A DNA stretch of 64,000 nt, from positions 320,001-384,000 of the forward strand of contig OZ243938.1 in assembly GCA_965214095.1 (NCBI GenBank). The letters are read 5' to 3'. Positions 19,357 through 28,100 of the stretch are shown here, piece after piece. The position numbers and the translations under genes were made by a program. Every line of letters starts with the position of its first letter. The stretch's first letter is position 1. Source of the DNA: Candidatus Poribacteria bacterium. Its GTDB lineage: Bacteria > Poribacteria > WGA-4E > WGA-3G. Below the pieces are notes generated by a model, which saw nothing but the letters and a program-made list of their open reading frames with translations, had not been told where the DNA came from and did no database searches.

Positions 19357-19455
19357 TAGTGAATTATAAATATAAGTTGACACTTTCACCCCACGGTAGG
19401 CGAGGTTTCCTAACCTCGCCGATGCAGAGTGTTCAAGCAATTTCAAAATCTACTA
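19357..19455 (+). mobile_element. 99-bp MITE (TA target duplication) carrying a REP hairpin, copy 2
   Basis: Near-identical to 15390-15488. Confidence 0.8.
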
Positions 19456-19469
19456 TAAAAGGGATTGTC

Positions 19470-19610
19470 TTATACACCGAAAAGTGAAATAATATCTTTC
19501 ATTTTCCAAGCCAAAACCAATATACCAATGAGTAGAATTAGATACCATACAATCATTGATTTCCGGTGCTTGGCATTGAATAATGAGCGGGGTTGTCTCT
19601 TCTGTTTCAT
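19470..19610 (-). CDS. putative 46-aa single-pass membrane protein (absent from the ORF track)
   Basis: AAGGA RBS; MKQKRQPRSLFNAKHRKSMIVWYLILLIGILVLAWKMKDIISLFGV*: basic N-terminus then a TM helix. Confidence 0.55.
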   Translation of the reverse strand: MKQKRQPRSLFNAKHRKSMIVWYLILLIGILVLAWKMKDIISLFGV

Positions 19611-19779
19611 CTGTAATTCCTTCTATAGAACTTTACGAACGAAGTTTTGAAGATGATAACATATTATAGAATAGTATGTCAAAGAATATTACACGACCTA
19701 AGTGATCCTGAAGACGTGTAAAGTTTTTTGTGAATAATATTGAACAAGAATCCTAAAACTAAATAACCCATATTCCTGA

Positions 19780-19999
19780 CAGGGTTATTTAGTCTTAAGT
19801 TTTTCTTGTGTATTCTTTCACAAATGCTAAATCCCCCAAGCCGGTAGGTGCGGTTTCCTAACCGCACCGAATTTGTGCAAAAACCTTTCATAGTCATTAT
19901 TCTTGTAGGTTCCAGTGCGGTTAGGAAACCGCACCTACCGGCCTGGGATTAACTTTCAGTAATCTCTATTTTGGAAAATACCTAAAACTAAATAACCCA
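19780..19999. mobile_element. MITE with a ~9-bp TSD carrying an inverted REP pair
   Basis: TATTCCTGA|CAGGGTTATTTAGT...ACTAAATAACCCA|TATTCCTGA; REPs at ~19841-19869 and ~19916-19941; an extra TIR copy at 19752-19770. Confidence 0.7.
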
Positions 20000-20016
20000 T
20001 ATTCCTGACACTTTTG

Positions 20017-20045
20017 TTGACAACTGATAATCTATCTGATAAAAT
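20017..20045 (+). promoter_or_regulatory. putative sigma70 promoter of selA
   Basis: TTGACA-N17-TAAAAT with extended -10 TG. Confidence 0.55.
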
Positions 20046-20102
20046 GAATATCATAAGAAAAATGAGATATGGAATTTATTTTTCACATTATCGGGTGCTG
20101 AA

Positions 20103-21527
20103 TTGACAGAAAAAAAATACGATAAAAACGCGCTGCGCGAACTCCCATCAATTGAGAAACTCTTGCTGTTACCGGAGATGCAGGAGTTGATTTCATCCTA
20201 TTCACGAACTCTTGTTACGACTGCTTTAAGATCAGTTGTGTCTTCTGTCCGAGAACAAATCTTAAGCGGACAAACTATTCAACAACTTCCTTCCCCATCT
20301 GAATACGCTACATTGGCATTAAAAGAAATTGAAGAAATTACACGTTCTCCACTACGTACCGTCATTAATGCAACAGGCACTGTAACACATACAAATCTTG
20401 GACGTGCATTGCTATCTCAATCTGCATGTGATAGTCTACAAAACGCAGCTCAGAATTATGTCAATCTTGAATATGACCTTGAGACTGGTAAACGTGGACA
20501 CCGCGATAGAATAACAGAACCGCTTCTAAAACAATTAACCGGATGTGAAGCATCCACAGTTGTTAATAACAACGCTGCTGCTGTATTAATTGCCTTACAG
20601 ACAGTTGCCAAAGATAAAGAAGTAATTGTTTCGCGCGGGGAGTTAATTGAGATCGGCGGAGCATTTCGGATCCCTGACGTAATGGCAGCAAGTGGTGCCG
20701 TTTTAAGAGAGATAGGCACTACAAATAGAACACATCTCCGAGATTATGCTGAAGCCATCAACGAAAATACTGCTCTACTATTAAAGGTACATCCAAGTAA
20801 TTATAAAATTGTGGGTTTTACGTCAACACCGGAGATGCATGAATTGACCGAACTCGGCACAGAACGCGGTATTCCAACGATGGAAGATTTAGGGAGTGGT
20901 GCTTTGATTGACCTATCTCAGTATGGACTTCCGAAGGAACCGGTTGTCGCTGATAGAATCGAAAGTGGTGTTGACATCGTTACATTTAGTGGAGACAAAT
21001 TACTTGGTGGACCACAGGCGGGGATTATTGTTGGAAAAGAAAAATGGATACATCAGATTCGAAAAAACCCGCTGATGCGAGCACTAAGGGTAGATAAATT
21101 AACTATCGCTGCACTTGCAGCAACATTACAATCATATCTAAATCAAGACGCAATAGCAGACCATTTCCCAATGTTGAAACGATATACTCGGACAACTGAT
21201 GAATTAGTTATTGAGGCGGAACAATTGGTAGAGAGACTCAAAGATATTTTCAAAGATAGTGTTTCACTTGATATGTGTGAATCACAGTCAGAAATAGGAA
21301 GCGGATCTCTTCCTGTTGAGACATTACCGAGTATTGCAATAGAACTCACACCCAATACAATATCGGTAACAAAACTTTCCGAGCTCTTTAGACAAGGAAA
21401 AGTTCCGGTCATCGGTCGTATTGAAAATGATCAGTTGATATTTGATCTTCGGACCCTATATGAGTCAGAACAACAAGATTTGCTTCAAACTGCAGCGGAC
21501 ATTGCGTCAGATATTGAAAATGTTTAA
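20103..21527 (+). CDS. selA: L-seryl-tRNA(Sec) selenium transferase
   Basis: VINATGTVTHTNLGRA, VNNNAAA, SRGELIEIGGAFRIP, FSGDKLLGGPQAG (PLP lysine) and RALRVDK. Confidence 0.95.
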   Translation: MTEKKYDKNALRELPSIEKLLLLPEMQELISSYSRTLVTTALRSVVSSVREQILSGQTIQQLPSPSEYATLALKEIEEITRSPLRTVINATGTVTHTNLGRALLSQSACDSLQNAAQNYVNLEYDLETGKRGHRDRITEPLLKQLTGCEASTVVNNNAAAVLIALQTVAKDKEVIVSRGELIEIGGAFRIPDVMAASGAVLREIGTTNRTHLRDYAEAINENTALLLKVHPSNYKIVGFTSTPEMHELTELGTERGIPTMEDLGSGALIDLSQYGLPKEPVVADRIESGVDIVTFSGDKLLGGPQAGIIVGKEKWIHQIRKNPLMRALRVDKLTIAALAATLQSYLNQDAIADHFPMLKRYTRTTDELVIEAEQLVERLKDIFKDSVSLDMCESQSEIGSGSLPVETLPSIAIELTPNTISVTKLSELFRQGKVPVIGRIENDQLIFDLRTLYESEQQDLLQTAADIASDIENV

Positions 21528-22350
21528 CGAAGATAAAATGAAGTATGTTTTTATAATTTCATTTGTTCTGTTATACGCTTGTATGGATAGTACTCAAGTT
21601 TCCGATGTATCGAAGGAATTAGAAGAAAGAATCGTATCGCATATTGATGATGCAGAGATGCAGTTAATTCCATCTGGTACATTTTTAATGGGCAATTCTG
21701 ATGAAGATTTAGGGGATGCGGATGAATTACCTGTGCACGAAGTGAATATTGATGCATTCTATATTGATATTTACGAAGTCACCAATGCCAAGTACCAACA
21801 GTTTGTTGTTGCAACAGGCTATTCTTCACCACCACTTTGGCATGACCAAAAGTTCAATCAACCAGATAATCCGGTCGTTAATATAAAATGGGTTGATGCG
21901 ATGGCTTATGCGAAATGGGCAAATAAACGTCTTCCGACTGAGGCAGAATGGGAGTATGCTGCCCGAGGCAATCTGATTGGTAAAAAGTTCCCATCTGGTG
22001 ATACAATTACACGCAATGATGTGAATTTTGGTGGTGAAGAAGGTGTAGATATTTGGAGATGGACATCTCCTGTCGGTAGTTTTTCACCAAATGGATTCGG
22101 GCTATATGATATGGCAGGTAATGTTTGGGAATGGTGCTTTGACGAATACAATGCTGAATTCTATTCCGTGTCATCAAAGAATAATCCTAAATATGGAAGA
22201 GAATCTGCCCCAGAAAATGAGAATTTTCGTATATTGCGAGGCGGCGGATGGGGTGGTAGCAGTGAAGATCTACGTGTTGCTGATAGATGGTACCATCTCA
22301 CATCGGGTAGTACAATCGGATTTCGGTGTGTAAAGGATGTTGGTAAATAA
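21520..22350 (+). CDS. FGE-sulfatase (SUMF1/EgtB/PvdO-like) domain lipoprotein
   Basis: RLPTEAEWEYAARG, NGFGLYDMAGNVWEW and GFRC motifs; start at 21520 or 21538. Confidence 0.85.
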   Translation: MFNEDKMKYVFIISFVLLYACMDSTQVSDVSKELEERIVSHIDDAEMQLIPSGTFLMGNSDEDLGDADELPVHEVNIDAFYIDIYEVTNAKYQQFVVATGYSSPPLWHDQKFNQPDNPVVNIKWVDAMAYAKWANKRLPTEAEWEYAARGNLIGKKFPSGDTITRNDVNFGGEEGVDIWRWTSPVGSFSPNGFGLYDMAGNVWEWCFDEYNAEFYSVSSKNNPKYGRESAPENENFRILRGGGWGGSSEDLRVADRWYHLTSGSTIGFRCVKDVGK

Positions 22351-22381
22351 AGATATTCTGTATAGTGGGATACATTTTGTA

Positions 22382-22567
22382 TAGGGTTATTTAGTTTTCC
22401 GTTTTTCTGCTATATTTTTCACATTTCAATATAACACCTGTAGGTCGGGTAGAGGCACGAAACCCGACAAGCATTGAACGTGTCGGGTTTCGTGCCTCTA
22501 CCCGACCTACGATATAAACTCTCAGTAACGTTCATTGATTGAAAATTATTAAAACTAAATAACCCTG
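22382..22567. mobile_element. 186-bp MITE with a 9-bp TSD carrying an inverted REP doublet
   Basis: CATTTTGTA|TAGGGTTATTTAGTTTT...AAAACTAAATAACCCTG|CATTTTGTA; internal perfect 30-bp inverted repeat GTAGGTCGGGTAGAGGCACGAAACCCGACA (22440-22510). Confidence 0.85.
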
Positions 22568-22610
22568 CATTTTGTAGGAATGAAGAAAAAGTAATTTAGG
22601 TGTCACTTAT

Positions 22611-23681
22611 ATGTCAGTTAGTGTAGAGTTAAACCATATTACAAAAGCATTTGATACGACTTATGCAGTTAATGATGTTTCTTTGACGATTGAAGCGGGT
22701 GAACTATTTTTTCTCTTAGGTCCGTCAGGTTGTGGGAAATCAACGTTGCTCCGTGTGATTGCTGGGTTCTATCGTCCTGATGCAGGGCAGCTTATGTTTG
22801 ATGATTTGGATATGATCAATGTACCGCCGCATCAACGTAACACGGGCATGGTATTCCAAAATTACGCGTTGTGGCCTCACATGACAGTTAGTGAAAATAT
22901 TGAGTATGGATTGCAGCTCCGAAAACTTGAAAAAACGATACGGAATGAAAAAATAGATACTGTACTTGAAATGGTGGAAATGACAGAATTTAGAGACAGA
23001 CCGGTTAACACACTTTCTGGCGGGCAACAACAACGGATAGCATTAGCACGGGCGATGGTTATTGAGCCAAGTGTACTACTACTTGATGAACCGTTGAGTA
23101 ATTTGGATGCAGCATTACGTCAAAATCTGCGCGATGAAATCAAAGAAATCCACCGCAGAACGAAAATCACAACTATCTATGTAACCCACGATCAAGTAGA
23201 AGCAATATCAATGGCAGACCGTATGGCAATCATGAAAGATGGTGTCTTTACTCAAGTGGGTACACCAAGAGAAATTTACCAACATCCTGCTGATCCTTTC
23301 GTGGCAAGTTTTGTTGGAGAAACAAACTTTATATCTGGTAATATCAAAGAAATCTCAGATGGTAAAGCAACGATTGAAACTGAAGTCGGTGTCCTTCATG
23401 CAGAAAGTATTCACCATAATTTGACTCCTGGACAAGAAGTAAGTTGTTCTATTCGTCCAGAGACAATTCATATCAATGGAAGTCCAAGTTTGAACAGACT
23501 AACTGCCAAAGTCGGTTCAATCACATATCTGGGAAGAACTGAAGAATATGAACTGAGGATAGCAGATACACTGAAACTAAGAGCCATTATACATAACCCT
23601 GGGACAGATACCGTTAAACAAGGAGAATCCGTCAGCATATCAATGTCTCCAGAATCCGTTGTACCGTTACCAAAAAACTAA
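22611..23681 (+). CDS. ABC transporter ATP-binding protein (FbpC/PotA-like, TOBE domain)
   Basis: GPSGCGKS, LSGGQQQR, LLLDEPLSNLD and YVTHDQ motifs. Confidence 0.92.
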   Translation: MSVSVELNHITKAFDTTYAVNDVSLTIEAGELFFLLGPSGCGKSTLLRVIAGFYRPDAGQLMFDDLDMINVPPHQRNTGMVFQNYALWPHMTVSENIEYGLQLRKLEKTIRNEKIDTVLEMVEMTEFRDRPVNTLSGGQQQRIALARAMVIEPSVLLLDEPLSNLDAALRQNLRDEIKEIHRRTKITTIYVTHDQVEAISMADRMAIMKDGVFTQVGTPREIYQHPADPFVASFVGETNFISGNIKEISDGKATIETEVGVLHAESIHHNLTPGQEVSCSIRPETIHINGSPSLNRLTAKVGSITYLGRTEEYELRIADTLKLRAIIHNPGTDTVKQGESVSISMSPESVVPLPKN

Positions 23682-23697
23682 AAGCATACATTTAAGT

Positions 23698-23887
23698 GAG
23701 GAGTGTGCATAAAGAAAATCAATCTCAAATATGGTCTTAAAAGTAGTAGGCACGCTCCGCGTGCCGTCCACAAGATCAAAGCATCTCAATAGATTATACT
23801 ACCACAACGAGGACAATTCCATATAAAGAAATACTTGATGAGAGACGGAGCCAATGTTGGCACATAATATATTTATGCACACCCCTC
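23698..23887. mobile_element. 190-bp MITE with an 8-bp TSD carrying a REP hairpin
   Basis: ATTTAAGT|GAGGAGTGTGCATAAA...TTTATGCACACCCCTC|ATTTAAGT; internal GTAGTAGGCACGCTCCGCGTGCC. Confidence 0.85.
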
Positions 23888-23917
23888 ATTTAAGTCACAA
23901 CTGCGAAAAATTAATCA

Positions 23918-26900
23918 ATGAACTTAACACCGAATCAACAATTTGCATTAGATATAGATCGACACATCTGCGTAACAGCGGGGGCAGGCTCTGGTAAGAC
24001 CACCGTTCTAGTTGACCGATATCTTGAAATACTTAGGCAAGAAAACATCACACCAGAAATGGTTGTTGCGATTACTTTTACTGACAAAGCCGCTGCTGAA
24101 ATGAAAGGTAGAATTATTGAGAAATTAAATGAAGTTGATAATGCAGAGATACGGACAAGGCATATTGAGCAGATGAACAGTGCACCAATATCAACAATAC
24201 ACTCCTTTTGTGGAAATATACTCAGAGAATTTCCTTTCCAAGCAGGAGTTCCGGCAAACTTCAGTATCGTACAAGGTATTGACCAAAAACTCCTAATTAA
24301 TCAATCAATACAAGAATACTTGAGAGATATTGCCACCGATCCAAACCATATTCATCACGACGCATTACGATATTCACTCCAAAGATATGGAAATCGTACT
24401 AAATTGTTAGATCTTTTTTCAATACTGATAGATAAACGTGACATCGTTGATCAACTCTTAGTTAGTGTTTATGCAGGTAGCAGTAATGGTGAAATACCTG
24501 CAGAATGGAAAGAGGCGTTTCTTGAGGAGTTACCATCTGAAACTGATGTTGATGAATTTCTTCATGCTCTATCTGCTGTTTTACAGGTTGCAACAGGTAA
24601 AAACACCACCGAAGTTGGGATATTAGGATCTAAATTAGAAATGTTACCAGATAGAAATGCACGTTCTACTGACGTTCGGAACTTGTTGAATGAGATTGCA
24701 CCTTTGATTACCACTTCAGGAGATAACATCGCAAAAAGGGATTTCATAGGCAGTCGTGTAGATGTGTCTGAACTTCAAGAGGAAATTGACATTTTAGTAT
24801 CGGTAGCAACAAAGATTAAATCTGCTCCACAGATTGATAGTGAAGATACAGAAACAGACGATCTATTTATGTTAAAGACTACAAAACACCTGCTTTCTCT
24901 ATATAATGGAATACAAAACGAATATCAAAATAACAAACTTGCACAAGGCAAACTGGATTTCACTGATTTGCAGTTGATGACACGGGACTTACTAAAATCC
25001 AATGAGACCATCCGAAACAAATTGGTTGAACGGCATAAATATTTCATGATTGATGAATATCAAGATACAAACGAAGTGCAGTATGAATTAGTTATGTTGC
25101 TCACAAATCAACTTCAAGATGCCAATCTATTTATCGTTGGTGACCCGAAACAGAGCATTTTCGGGTTTCGTGGTGCTGATGTGCGTATCTTTGATAAAAC
25201 AAGAACGATTATTGAAGGAAACGGTGGAGAGAATATTCAACTCAAGGAAAACTTCCGATCTCTCCGAAAGCCAGTTGGATTCGTCAATCACTTTTTTAAA
25301 AGTTTAATGGGAGATGGCACACAGACCGAATACGATGTACCTTTTGAAGCATTGACAAAAGCGCGTACGGACAGCGGTGAAGGATCCGTAGAAATATTGT
25401 TAGGCAATAGTGGTGATTCACCAGTTAGTGAATATAGACTCATAGCACATCACATAAACACTATGGTTGCCGATGGAATAAACTATGAGGACATTGCAAT
25501 TTTGATCCGTAATAGATCACATCTTCCTGATCTTGAAGAGGCTTTGATTTCCGCAGGTATACCCTATCTTACCACTGGTGGCGTTGGTTTCTATCAACGA
25601 CAAGAAATATACGATATCTGGAACTACCTTCACTTTCTTAATGATCCAGACAACAATCACACCTCACTGGTCGGAATATTACGCGGTCCTGCTTTCGGTA
25701 TTTCTGATACTGAGTTGTATGAAATCTCAATTCAAAGAGGTGACAGTTTCTGGGAAAAAGTAAGAAGGTTTCAAACGCCTTCTGTGCGTTTAAGAGAAGC
25801 AATTGAGATTATCAGGAATCAGATTCAGTCCGCACACCGTATGCCAGTGAATCAACTGATTCAAACTGTTGTTAATGAAACAGGACTAATTGGAACATTG
25901 AATTTAGGTCAACAAGGACAACAAAGATATGCCAACTACCAGAAACTTTTAGACCTCGCAAGACACTATGATGGCGAAGAAAACAGTCAGACTCTTGCGG
26001 ATTTCATTAATTTTCTGGATATACTAATTACGGATGAACCTCGTGAAGGACAAGCACCCATAGAAAATACAAGTGGGTTAGTAGAAATAATGACAGTTCA
26101 TTCTGCTAAAGGTAAACAATTTCCAGTTGTGATACTCCCTTGCCTTCATCGTAGTGGACGTCCTACATCAGAACCGTTTATTGACGAAAAAGTTGGTATC
26201 GGATTTAGACCTCTTAAACCTGATGAAAACTACACAAAATCTGAACCTAAGATTGCAGAAATGATGAAGAATCGTGCTGCAAATAAAGATGAAGCAGAAA
26301 AGAAGAGATTGCTTTATGTTGCTGCAACCCGCGCAAAAGATCAACTTGTGCTTTCTGGAGCACTCAGTCACTACGGTAAGACAGGCAACTTATTGAAATG
26401 GTTGTATGAACATCTTGGTATAAACACGGAAGATGAGAATGCAAGTTTAGAAGTAGCAGTTGATGAATACGCTAATCAAACCACACTACAAAATCGTGTC
26501 CAACTTAATATACCAATTGTTAAGACAATTGATGTAACAACAATTTCTGACAAACTATCACATGAAGAACATCATGAAGATTTTCCAGAACTTTCATTAC
26601 AGTCATTGCAACAAGGTTCTATTGAATTATCCTATTCAGTTATTGAACTTGCTAACTACTCCAGATGTCCATTACGATACCAGTTGGAGCATGTGTTACG
26701 AATACCTTCATTTGATAGATTACAATCTGACAGGAATGATGAAGTATTAGATTATATTGTACGTTATATTCTTTTTCGCGCTAACCAACGTCAAGATAGA
26801 CACTACCTTCACGGTATAATTGACCGTGCTTTTGAGAACTATCATGATACAAATAATGAAACACTAACTGCTGGACAAAGGGAACGGATTATGGAACACA

Positions 26901-27349
26901 TAATGAACTATCAGAACTCTGAAATAGCAGAAATGATACATAAGTCGTCTAAAACAAGAAATAGTCGTTCCATACATGCAAATATAAATGGACAGATAAT
27001 CTCAGGTAGAATTGACAGAATGTTCAAAGATGATACAGGTCATTGGAATGGAGTCAATTTTGTTACAGATAAACAGTTTGAAGCCAGATATTATGAACCT
27101 GAAAAGGAACTTATCGGTCTTATACTACATAAATCGTATCCGGAACAACAAAGTGTTTTAGTCCATTATTTCAATACTTCTTTGAATGAGTATCATACAG
27201 TATGTTATACTGAGACTGATTTTCAGGAGATTTCGGATAAATGGACAACAATAATTACTGCAATGCAGCAAGAGAGATTTGATAAAAACCTTTCACATTG
27301 TAACTTTTGTCAATTTTCAGATATACAAGATAACTGCATTGTAGATTAA
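23918..27349 (+). CDS. UvrD/AddA-like ATP-dependent helicase with degenerate C-terminal nuclease domain
   Basis: AGAGSGKT, TFTDKAAAEM, IDEYQDT, VGDPKQSIFGFRGA, TVHSAKG and YVAATRA; C-terminal Cys cluster. Confidence 0.88.
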   Translation: MNLTPNQQFALDIDRHICVTAGAGSGKTTVLVDRYLEILRQENITPEMVVAITFTDKAAAEMKGRIIEKLNEVDNAEIRTRHIEQMNSAPISTIHSFCGNILREFPFQAGVPANFSIVQGIDQKLLINQSIQEYLRDIATDPNHIHHDALRYSLQRYGNRTKLLDLFSILIDKRDIVDQLLVSVYAGSSNGEIPAEWKEAFLEELPSETDVDEFLHALSAVLQVATGKNTTEVGILGSKLEMLPDRNARSTDVRNLLNEIAPLITTSGDNIAKRDFIGSRVDVSELQEEIDILVSVATKIKSAPQIDSEDTETDDLFMLKTTKHLLSLYNGIQNEYQNNKLAQGKLDFTDLQLMTRDLLKSNETIRNKLVERHKYFMIDEYQDTNEVQYELVMLLTNQLQDANLFIVGDPKQSIFGFRGADVRIFDKTRTIIEGNGGENIQLKENFRSLRKPVGFVNHFFKSLMGDGTQTEYDVPFEALTKARTDSGEGSVEILLGNSGDSPVSEYRLIAHHINTMVADGINYEDIAILIRNRSHLPDLEEALISAGIPYLTTGGVGFYQRQEIYDIWNYLHFLNDPDNNHTSLVGILRGPAFGISDTELYEISIQRGDSFWEKVRRFQTPSVRLREAIEIIRNQIQSAHRMPVNQLIQTVVNETGLIGTLNLGQQGQQRYANYQKLLDLARHYDGEENSQTLADFINFLDILITDEPREGQAPIENTSGLVEIMTVHSAKGKQFPVVILPCLHRSGRPTSEPFIDEKVGIGFRPLKPDENYTKSEPKIAEMMKNRAANKDEAEKKRLLYVAATRAKDQLVLSGALSHYGKTGNLLKWLYEHLGINTEDENASLEVAVDEYANQTTLQNRVQLNIPIVKTIDVTTISDKLSHEEHHEDFPELSLQSLQQGSIELSYSVIELANYSRCPLRYQLEHVLRIPSFDRLQSDRNDEVLDYIVRYILFRANQRQDRHYLHGIIDRAFENYHDTNNETLTAGQRERIMEHIMNYQNSEIAEMIHKSSKTRNSRSIHANINGQIISGRIDRMFKDDTGHWNGVNFVTDKQFEARYYEPEKELIGLILHKSYPEQQSVLVHYFNTSLNEYHTVCYTETDFQEISDKWTTIITAMQQERFDKNLSHCNFCQFSDIQDNCIVD

Positions 27350-27364
27350 ATAAAGGGAAAAATA

Positions 27365-28063
27365 ATGAAAATGGCTATTCGCTCAAAACTTTCTCTCATT
27401 CTGTTAGGTTTATCAATTCTTCTTATTTCATCAGTATTTGCAGGAACGTGGCGAGACGATTTTGAAGATAATAAAACAAATGAATGGGAAGTTTACAATG
27501 AAGATAAACAGTTAGAAAAATGGTGGATCAATGATGGAGAAGCAGTTGGGGAAATATTCATTGAAGGTTTTTGGAGTTTATGGCTTACTGGAGACATAGA
27601 TTGGGAATTCTATAGTGTATCCTGCCGTGCCATGTTGGAAGAGGATAGAGAAGAGCAATCATCCTTTGGTTTAACACTACACGATAGAGGCGATGAAGAG
27701 AGTCGGTATGTGTTTATAATTGATTATATACACAACACTGCAAGGATCATTAAAGGTGTTCCTGGAGGTGGATCGGTAGTATCTGATTTCGTTGTTGAAA
27801 AGGGAGTCTGGTATGATCTTAAGGCAATTGTAAAAGAAGATGGGACTCTTGCATTTCATATTGACGACACAGTGTTTGAAGCGATAGACCCAGCACCATT
27901 AAGTGGCGGACAAGCAGGTTTTGTTATAGGCGGTTCGCGCTCCAGATTTGATAATATTGAAATTACTGGTGATAACATACCAAATGGTGGGCCTGGAAAA
28001 CCTTTTGATGTTGCACCGAAAGATAAACTCACTACTACTTGGGGAAAACTCAAAATAAAGTGA
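27365..28063 (+). CDS. secreted concanavalin-like/DUF1080-like beta-sandwich protein with KLTTTWG tail
   Basis: Signal peptide; DDFED, G.AG and FDNIEIT motifs; C-terminal VAPKDKLTTTWGKLK. Confidence 0.65.
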   Translation: MKMAIRSKLSLILLGLSILLISSVFAGTWRDDFEDNKTNEWEVYNEDKQLEKWWINDGEAVGEIFIEGFWSLWLTGDIDWEFYSVSCRAMLEEDREEQSSFGLTLHDRGDEESRYVFIIDYIHNTARIIKGVPGGGSVVSDFVVEKGVWYDLKAIVKEDGTLAFHIDDTVFEAIDPAPLSGGQAGFVIGGSRSRFDNIEITGDNIPNGGPGKPFDVAPKDKLTTTWGKLKIK

Positions 28064-28100
28064 GTAAATCAGTAAATACTCACCTGCATACCGGTAAGAA

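Noticed and set aside
21520-22350. FGE/CLec protein as a DGR target or a true formylglycine-generating enzyme
   Set aside because: No template repeat or RT seen; catalytic cysteines absent
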